Source: Candidatus Omnitrophota bacterium
GTDB taxonomy: Bacteria; Omnitrophota; Gorgyraeia; Gygaellales; Profunditerraquicolaceae
Assembly (NCBI GenBank): GCA_030691865.1
Contig: JAUYDL010000017.1
Location: 8,312-32,311 of the forward strand
Reading direction: 5' to 3'
DNA: 24,000 nucleotides
Part shown: piece after piece, positions 18,048 through 23,179 of the stretch
Numbering within the stretch: the first letter of the stretch is position 1
Layout of the letters: the number at the start of each line of letters is the position of its first letter
Program-made: the position numbers and the translations under genes
Notes under the pieces: generated by a model
Seen by the model: only the letters and a program-made list of their open reading frames with translations
What the model was told of the DNA's origin: nothing
Database searches by the model: none

Positions 18048-18679
18048 TGAAGCAGCTGGTAGTGGCTACAAAAAATAAAAAAAAGTTATCCGAGATAAAA
18101 GATATTTTAAAAGGCATGAATTTAAAGCTGCTTTCGCTGGATGCCTATAAAGATGTTCCGCAGGTGCTTGAAAATGGCAAAACTTTTCAGGAAAATGCCA
18201 TAAAAAAAGCGGTAACGTTGGCGCGTTTTACCGGTGAGCTTTGCTTGGGTGAGGATTCAGGGCTATGCGTTGATGTTTTAAGTGGTGAGCCGGGGATTTA
18301 TTCGGCGCGTTTCTCAGGCAGGCCTGCCTGCCGGTCAAGCAGGAATAAGAGTGATATTAAGAATAATCTTAAGCTATTGAGATTATTAAAAGATGTGCCT
18401 GCGGCAGAAAGAAAGGCGTATTATGTTTGCGCCGTGGCTTTGGCTGATAAACGCGGGTTAATTGAAGTGGTGGAGGGGAATTGTTCCGGTTTGATTGCTT
18501 TTGAGCCTAAAGGCAGCGCAGGCTTTGGCTATGATCCGTTATTTTATATCCCTAAATATAAAAAGACCTTTGCTCAGCTTGGAGAAAAGATCAAGCATAA
18601 AATGAGCCACCGGTATCATGCTTTAAAAAAAGCCAAGCGGATTATCGAGAAATATATTGTTAAGAGTAAGTGCTGTTGA
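18047..18679 (+). CDS. rdgB: non-canonical purine NTP pyrophosphatase (RdgB/HAM1 family)
   Basis: VVATKNKKKLSEI, EDSGLCVDVLSGEPGIYSARF, GFGYDPLF and SHR match RdgB. The rph-rdgB adjacency is common. Confidence 0.85.
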   Translation: MKQLVVATKNKKKLSEIKDILKGMNLKLLSLDAYKDVPQVLENGKTFQENAIKKAVTLARFTGELCLGEDSGLCVDVLSGEPGIYSARFSGRPACRSSRNKSDIKNNLKLLRLLKDVPAAERKAYYVCAVALADKRGLIEVVEGNCSGLIAFEPKGSAGFGYDPLFYIPKYKKTFAQLGEKIKHKMSHRYHALKKAKRIIEKYIVKSKCC

Positions 18680-18710
18680 TATAATTAATATTTCGTTATA
18701 GATTACAAAA

Positions 18711-18801
18711 CGGGGCGTGGCTCAGCTTGGCTAGAGCGTCCGCCATTAAGGCGTTGGCGGACGCCCGCCAAAGTATTAGTGGCGGGCGCTTGCTTAGAAT
18801 T
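18711..18801 (+). pseudogene. tRNA-Pro 5'-half pseudo-copy carrying a 50-nt double-hairpin insertion
   Basis: CGGGGCGTGGCTCAGCTTGGCTAGAGCG (18711-18738) and GCTTGCTT (18788-18795) match positions 1-33 of the intact tRNA-Pro at 19048. Between them lie two tandem hairpins, GTCCGCC-N11-GGCGGAC and GCCCGCC-N11-GGCGGGC. There is no T arm and no 3' acceptor strand. Confidence 0.6.
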
Positions 18802-19044
18802 ATGTTTGTTTACGTATTAAGAAGCGAAAAAGATAAAAGTTTTTATATAGGTTCGACCAAGAACATAGAGCAGAGGCTTAATGACCATAATAGAGGTGAA
18901 AGCTTATCTACAAAGTCGAAAAGACCGTGGGTATTAGCTAGAGTTGAAGAATATGATAGTGGTTCTTTGGCGTTAAAACGTGAGAAGTTTCTGAAAAGTG
19001 CTAAAGGTAGGAGGATTTTAAGGAACCTGACCTCTTTTAAATAA
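18802..19044 (+). CDS. small GIY-YIG (URI domain, YhbQ-like) nuclease
   Basis: 80 aa from ATG 18802: MFVYVLRSEKDKSFYIGSTKNIEQRLNDHN... This contains the GIY-YIG signature (YVL ... YIG), a conserved Arg and a downstream Glu (LKREKFLK). The longer track ORF from 18727 reads through the tRNA fragment and was rejected. Confidence 0.8.
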   Translation: MFVYVLRSEKDKSFYIGSTKNIEQRLNDHNRGESLSTKSKRPWVLARVEEYDSGSLALKREKFLKSAKGRRILRNLTSFK

Positions 19045-19047
19045 TTG

Positions 19048-19122
19048 CGGGGAGTGGCTCAGTTTGGCTAGAGCGCTTGCTTTGGGAGCAAGAGGTCGTG
19101 AGTTCAAATCTCACCTCCCCGA
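19048..19122 (+). tRNA. tRNA-Pro(UGG)
   Basis: CGGGGAG-UG-GCUC-AGUUUGGCUA-GAGC-G-CUUGC-UUUGGGA-GCAAG-AGGUC-GUGAG-UUCAAAU-CUCAC-CUCCCCG-A. It has a full cloverleaf. No CCA is encoded. Confidence 0.9.
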
Positions 19123-19138
19123 CATTGAAAACTTATAT

Positions 19139-19316
19139 GCGCCTATAGCTCAAATTTAACGAGGCCACAACTTATGGAGCGATAGCGAACATAAGTTGTT
19201 GGCCGAGTTAATCCCGTCATCTGCAAGCGGTGCTTTGGCGTATCGCGCCAAAGTACCGCGAAGCGACTAGATGACGGGAGGATAGTTTAAGATAAGAGAT
19301 AACTTGACAATTTAAT
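19139..19316 (+). pseudogene. tRNA-Arg 5' fragment fused to a truncated copy of the group I intron 5' domain
   Basis: GCGCCTATAGCTCAAAT (19139-19155) matches tRNA-Arg positions 1-17. GAGGCCACAACTTA...TAAGTTGTTGGCCGAGTTAATCCCG (19161-19216) parallels 19357-19416 of the intact intron. A long hairpin follows (19213-19278). No catalytic core motifs are present. Confidence 0.5.
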
Positions 19317-19699
19317 GCGCCTGTAGCTCAAATGGATAGAGCACCTGCCTTTCAATGAGGCCACAACTTAGCGAGCGTAAGCGAGCTAAGTTGTCCGGCC
19401 GAATTGATCCCGAGCCTGCGCAGAAAATTTCGCAAGAAATTTTCAAGCGTTTAGGCAAGGGGCCAACATTGGGAGCCTTCATGGGGAAATTAACCTATGA
19501 AGTGCATGCTGCTAAATCGGTGGACGCCCTAAAGGGCAATACCGAGCTATCTGTAGAGTTTACAGAGAGTGTAGAGACTTTACACAGCAGGGCTGAAATG
19601 CCTAAGATAAAGTCCAGACCGCAACAAGTGTTTTTGGCCGGAGTAATCCGGTGCGGTAAGCTAAGCCGGTTGTTGGCCGTTCGATTCGGCCCAGGCGCA
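19317..19699 (+). tRNA. tRNA-Arg(UCU) interrupted by a group I intron between anticodon positions 34 and 35
   Basis: Exons 19317-19351 and 19661-19699 join to a 74-nt cloverleaf. The acceptor GCGCCUG/CAGGCGC has 7 of 7 pairs. The D arm is GCUC/GAGC and the T arm is GGCCG-UUCGAUU-CGGCC. The anticodon loop is CUUCUAA. The anticodon stem CCUGC/GCCGG has one U.C mismatch. Confidence 0.75.
19352..19660 (+). ncRNA. group I intron (IC3-like, tRNA-type), 309 nt, no recognisable endonuclease ORF
   Basis: The 5' exon ends in U, paired as U.G within a candidate P1 (GCCUU/GAGGC). The J3/4-P4-P5 region reads CUAAAUCGGUG...GCCC-UAAA-GGGC...ACCGAGC (19512-19547). The core motif GUGUAGAGACU (19569-19579), with downstream CCUAAG and AGUCC, is as I recall it in the Azoarcus tRNA-Ile and Anabaena tRNA-Leu introns. 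There is a GNRA-capped hairpin GAAAAUUUC-GCAA-GAAAUUUUC. The terminal nucleotide is G at 19660. Confidence 0.75.
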
Positions 19700-19735
19700 T
19701 TAAATTTATGAAAAAACTAGGCAAAATTTAATTTT

Positions 19736-20950
19736 ATGAAGGACTGGAAAAAATTATTTACTATAATTGCAACCGTAGTTATTATTTTTAGCCTGGTTTA
19801 CGTATTTCTTTTACTGGCAGTTAAAACTATAATTGCCAATAAAATTGAAAAGGCAACTGGGTTAAAAACAAGCATAAGCAAGCTCAGTATTCTGCCGCCG
19901 TTTAATATTGAAGCAAGGGGGTTTGAGATTGCCGGCTTGATAAAAGCAGATCGTGTTTATTTAGCGCCAAGCATCCGCAGCCTTTTATTCGGTAAGCTTG
20001 CTTTTAATAAAATAGTGATTGGTAGCCCGGAAGTTACTTATCAGCGTAATCCTCCGGTTGAGCCGGTTAAGGATAGCCGCGCTCCGGTTGTAGAAAGTCA
20101 AAGTGAACCGGTTGCTCCCATTACTACGCAGAATAAGAGCCTTCCTGTAATTATAAAAAGTTTAAAAGTTTATTCCGGCAGATTAAATTTTATCGATACA
20201 ACGGCAGCTAGCGGGAAAATAAGCGTTATAATTAAGGATATAGATTTCTATATTACCAATCTATCTACCTTCGGCACAAAAGGCGTAAGTAATTTTGATT
20301 TAAAGGGTAATTTATCCTGGAATACCGGCGAGCCTAATGGTAAAATCTTGCTGCAAGGTTGGGTGGATTTTTACAAAAAAGATATGCTGGCTACTTTGAA
20401 AATTGAAAATATTGACGCCATTCTCTTTTATCCTTATTATTCAACCTGGGTGAATCTTGAGAAGGCACGCATCCAGAAAGCTAATCTTAATTTTAATTGT
20501 GATATCAAAGGTGTAAATAACGATGTATCTGCGGATTGTCATTTAGAGTTAGCAAACATGGTGCGTAAAGTACGCTTGCTTGAAGAGCCGCAGCAGAAAG
20601 CAGAGAAGATTACCGATGCAGTGCTGGATATGCTTAAATCCATGGATCAGGGCAAGGTGGTTTTAGATTTTGTCTTGCATACAAAAATGGACCGGCCGGA
20701 ATTTGGTTTTGCCAATATCAAATCGGCATTTGAGGGTAAGCTGATGCAGGCCAGAACCAGTGCTGGGCTAAGGCCTCAAGATATGTTATTATGGCCGGGT
20801 AGAATGCTGCAGGGCGGAATTAAAAGCGGCACAGATCTGTCTAATGCCATAATTGACGGCATATTTGATTTAAGTAACGGTATAAAGAAGTTTTTTGAAG
20901 ACAGGATGAATAGTCCGGTTCCTACTCAGGAAAATCAGTCTTCTTTCTAA
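19736..20950 (+). CDS. membrane-anchored AsmA-like / DUF748-like protein
   Basis: 404 aa ORF with an N-terminal TM anchor (LFTIIATVVIIFSLVYVFLLLAV) followed by a repetitive beta-rich region resembling the AsmA/DUF748 family. No catalytic motifs are present. The assignment is tentative. Confidence 0.5.
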   Translation: MKDWKKLFTIIATVVIIFSLVYVFLLLAVKTIIANKIEKATGLKTSISKLSILPPFNIEARGFEIAGLIKADRVYLAPSIRSLLFGKLAFNKIVIGSPEVTYQRNPPVEPVKDSRAPVVESQSEPVAPITTQNKSLPVIIKSLKVYSGRLNFIDTTAASGKISVIIKDIDFYITNLSTFGTKGVSNFDLKGNLSWNTGEPNGKILLQGWVDFYKKDMLATLKIENIDAILFYPYYSTWVNLEKARIQKANLNFNCDIKGVNNDVSADCHLELANMVRKVRLLEEPQQKAEKITDAVLDMLKSMDQGKVVLDFVLHTKMDRPEFGFANIKSAFEGKLMQARTSAGLRPQDMLLWPGRMLQGGIKSGTDLSNAIIDGIFDLSNGIKKFFEDRMNSPVPTQENQSSF

Positions 20951-20956
20951 ATTTAT

Positions 20957-21014
20957 GGTGGCTGTAGCTCAATTGCCTACCTGTAAGACAGGGGGTAGAG
21001 CGTCAGATTGTGGA
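20957..21014 (+). pseudogene. tRNA-His 5'-half pseudo-copy with a hairpin insertion in the D loop
   Basis: GGTGGCTGTAGCTCAATTG[cctacctgtaagacagggg]GTAGAGCGTCAGATTGTGGA compares with the intact GGTGGCTATAGCTCAATTGGTTAGAGCTTCTGACTGTGGC. It retains G-1 and the GTG anticodon. It lacks the 3' anticodon strand, the T arm and the 3' acceptor strand. Confidence 0.6.
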
Positions 21015-21027
21015 CTAGTTCATCGTA

Positions 21028-21056
21028 TTGACATTTTTATCGTTCTTTGATATAAT
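21028..21056 (+). promoter_or_regulatory. perfect consensus sigma70 promoter TTGACA-N17-TATAAT driving the HNH ORF (and probably tRNA-His)
   Basis: TTGACA at 21028-21033, a 17-nt spacer, and TATAAT at 21051-21056. The ATG at 21063 is 6 nt after the -10 element and has no SD, which implies a leaderless transcript. Confidence 0.6.
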
Positions 21057-21062
21057 TTCACT

Positions 21063-21521
21063 ATGCCGAATCAAAAATGTAAAATTTGCGGTAGTGAATT
21101 TTATATAAAACCTTTTCACGCGAAAAAAGGTTGGGGTAAATATTGTTCTATAAAATGCCGCTCTAAAGCTCAGCGAAACGGGAAATGGGTAAAATGTGTT
21201 AATTGCGGTAAAAAGATTTATAGAACTCCACGTGATTATAGAAAATCAGGAAGCAAAAGATTCTTTTGTTCGGTAAGTTGTCATTGTTCTTGGGAAAATA
21301 AAAATGTTCGTTGTGGTGTTAATTCTCCGAATTGGATAGTAGGGGAAGCCGCTTATCGTGATTTAATGCGTAGACATAAAATACCGTTTAAATGTAATAA
21401 GTGCGGTATTTCTGATAAGCGGGTACTCATAGTCCATCATAAAAATGGAAATCGAAAGAGTAATAATATTGAAAATTTAGAACGGCTTTGTTGTAATTGC
21501 CATGCCATTGCGCATGTGTAA
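21063..21521 (+). CDS. HNH endonuclease with N-terminal zinc-ribbon repeats
   Basis: 152 aa ORF. The repeated CxxC...CxxC units (CKICG...CSIKC; CVNCG...CSVSC; CNKCG) and the C-terminal HNH motif VHHKNGNRKSNNIENLERLCCNCHAIAH are present. Confidence 0.8.
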   Translation: MPNQKCKICGSEFYIKPFHAKKGWGKYCSIKCRSKAQRNGKWVKCVNCGKKIYRTPRDYRKSGSKRFFCSVSCHCSWENKNVRCGVNSPNWIVGEAAYRDLMRRHKIPFKCNKCGISDKRVLIVHHKNGNRKSNNIENLERLCCNCHAIAHV

Positions 21522-21528
21522 TAGATAT

Positions 21529-21604
21529 GGTGGCTATAGCTCAATTGGTTAGAGCTTCTGACTGTGGCTCAGAAGGTTTGCGGGTTCGATCCCCGTTAGC
21601 CACC
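21529..21604 (+). tRNA. tRNA-His(GUG) with encoded G-1
   Basis: G-GUGGCUA-UA-GCUC-AAUUGGUUA-GAGC-U-UCUGA-CUGUGGC-UCAGA-AGGUU-UGCGG-GUUCGAU-CCCCG(U)-UAGCCAC-C. G-1 pairs with C73, as is characteristic of bacterial tRNA-His. Confidence 0.9.
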
Positions 21605-21631
21605 CTAAATTATTGCAGTGCAATGAGTTAC

Positions 21632-21671
21632 AACAAATCACCAATAGGTAAACCTACTGGTGATTTGTTTT
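21632..21671 (+). terminator. rho-independent terminator after tRNA-His
   Basis: 12-bp stem AACAAATCACCA / TGGTGATTTGTT (21632-21643 / 21658-21669) with an inner TAGGT/ACCTA extension, followed by TTTTG. Confidence 0.7.
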
Positions 21672-21821
21672 GCGTGGGAGGAGGAAGGGTTTTTATTTAC
21701 CTGTATGCAGAGAGTCCTTCGGCCGCGCCATTAGTGAATGGGCGAAAATTGAGAAGTTAGCCTCGGCCAAAGGCAAGGCCTACAAAAGCGCTAAAAGAGC
21801 CAAAAAGCATATTGAGGCATT

Positions 21822-22101
21822 ATGAAATTTGAATTTAAATCTTCTTTTGACCGGTCGGTGAAGAGTTTTCATGGAAGAGAAAAAGAAGAGATAAAGAAAA
21901 TTGCTCTCCAAGCGATAGATGTACTCTCTTTAGGACCGAATGCTCCATAAGGGGATTGGTCTGAAGCGTCTTAATGGTGATTTCTGGGAGATAAGACACG
22001 GCCTTAAGGCAAGAATTCTATTCCGTTGGGAAGGAAATTTAGTGGAATTTATTCTTGCCGGTGACCACAATGATATAAAACGTTTCCTAAAGAATATTTA
22101 A
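21822..22101 (+). pseudogene. RelE/ParE-superfamily toxin gene disrupted by a frameshift
   Basis: Frame 0 reads MKFEFKSSFDRSVKSFHGREKEEIKKIALQAIDVLSLGPNAP and stops at 21948-21950. Frame +1 continues KGIGLKRLNGDFWEIRHGLKARILFRWEGNLVEFILAGDHNDIKRFLKNI to the stop at 22099-22101. Together these give a typical RelE/ParE-like toxin of about 92 aa. Confidence 0.65.
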
Positions 22102-22143
22102 CTACTCCAGCAATATCTTTTTCTTGCATAACGAGAGAGTTTG

Positions 22144-22180
22144 AAGACTATTGATCGAATATGGTCAATAGTCTTTTTTT
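22144..22180 (+). terminator. rho-independent terminator after the toxin pseudogene
   Basis: 11-bp stem AAGACTATTGA / TCAATAGTCTT (22144-22154 / 22165-22175) running into a T7 tract. Confidence 0.7.
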
Positions 22181-22332
22181 GTTTACCCGTTTACAGAGAG
22201 GGCGTCCCCTTGTCGAATATTACTGCCCGGGTCTCAGGATGTTTAATATGTCTTACCCTGTAGGACGGATATAGTTTTTGTACCGTGCGTAACAAGACAG
22301 AACCGCGGTGTATATCTATAAGCCAGATATCG

Positions 22333-22341
22333 TGTTATAAT
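22333..22341 (+). promoter_or_regulatory. extended -10 element TGTTATAAT upstream of the MBL-helicase pair
   Basis: TGTTATAAT at 22333-22341, an AAGGA SD-like element at 22348-22352, and a GTG start at 22364. Confidence 0.4.
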
Positions 22342-22363
22342 ATATAAAAAGGATGAGAAGAAA

Positions 22364-23179
22364 GTGTCGTATTTAAAAGTATGTGTGCTTAGGAGCAGTA
22401 GCAGCGGTAATTGCACCGCTATCTGGACGGCGAAATCTGGTATTTTGATTGATTGCGCGGGCATTGGCTTGAAGGAGATAGAAAAAGACTTAAGAGGTAT
22501 TCAACTAGACCCCTCCCAGATCAATGGCATTGTCATAACACATGGGCATGAAGACCATATCTGTAAAAATACTTTCAAAATAGCGAGTCGCTACGGGATA
22601 CCGATCTATATACACCATGATACATATCAAGTTATTAAGGAACGATATTCTGTAAAAAATCATCAATTTAAAATAATGCATCACACGGGGAAGCCATTTA
22701 TAATAAATGATCTAAAAATTATGCCCTTTAAAACGTTCCATAGCGGCGGCTATGTAGGTAAACCGTTCGGTTTTTGTATAGAGTATAAACATAAGGGCTC
22801 CTGCCGCAAGGTGGGTCTTTTAACAGATACGAGCAAGGTAACCGATAGCATGGTCAGGATGCTGTATGATTGCAAGTGTTTGATAATTGAATGTAATCAT
22901 GATACAAAGTTAGCGTGGAAAAAATCTCCAAATCAGTCCACTTGGAAAGAACACCTTAACAATGAGGCTGCCACTGAAGCGCTGATAGAGATCAAAAATG
23001 GATCTACCGATAGCGTAGCTCTAAAGTATGTCTTTCTGGCGCATATTAGTAAAAGACATAATAAGTCCAGGACTCTTATCAGCCGGATATCAAATGGTAT
23101 TCGTAAAGAGAATATTAGGGGTTGCGATCTAATGCTAACCTACCGAGAAAAAAGGACCCGAGTTAAAGAAATACTATGA
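22364..23179 (+). CDS. MBL-fold metallo-hydrolase (YycJ-like, possible nuclease)
   Basis: 271 aa ORF with a GTG start. The N-terminal LRSSSSGNC glycine/serine loop, the HxHxDH motif ITHGHEDH, and later His/Asp ligand contexts (FHSGG, LLTDT, ECNHD, LAHIS) fit the MBL fold. Confidence 0.75.
   Translation: MSYLKVCVLRSSSSGNCTAIWTAKSGILIDCAGIGLKEIEKDLRGIQLDPSQINGIVITHGHEDHICKNTFKIASRYGIPIYIHHDTYQVIKERYSVKNHQFKIMHHTGKPFIINDLKIMPFKTFHSGGYVGKPFGFCIEYKHKGSCRKVGLLTDTSKVTDSMVRMLYDCKCLIIECNHDTKLAWKKSPNQSTWKEHLNNEAATEALIEIKNGSTDSVALKYVFLAHISKRHNKSRTLISRISNGIRKENIRGCDLMLTYREKRTRVKEIL

Noticed and set aside
18727-18801. N-terminal extension of the GIY-YIG ORF in the track (MARASAIKALADARQSISGGRLLRI)
   Set aside because: The extension begins at a TTG inside the tRNA-Pro pseudo-half and translates the two hairpins. 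The GIY-YIG domain begins at MFVYVL, so ATG 18802 is preferred.
19304-19309. TTGACA hexamer just upstream of tRNA-Arg, as a possible -35 element
   Set aside because: No acceptable -10 hexamer lies at 16-19 nt spacing, because that position falls inside the tRNA itself.
19355-19711. 118-aa + strand ORF from the track, a candidate intron-encoded protein
   Set aside because: It lies entirely over the group I intron and the tRNA-Arg 3' exon. It has no SD and no LAGLIDADG, GIY-YIG, HNH or His-Cys motif. Its frame runs through paired RNA helices. It is most likely a chance ORF in GC-richer structured RNA.
21497-21760. 87-aa + strand ORF
   Set aside because: It reads straight through tRNA-His and its terminator hairpin, and has no coding features.
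22243-22464. 73-aa minus-strand ORF across the MBL promoter and start region
   Set aside because: It has no SD and low-complexity content. It overlaps the promoter and 5' end of the better-supported MBL gene.
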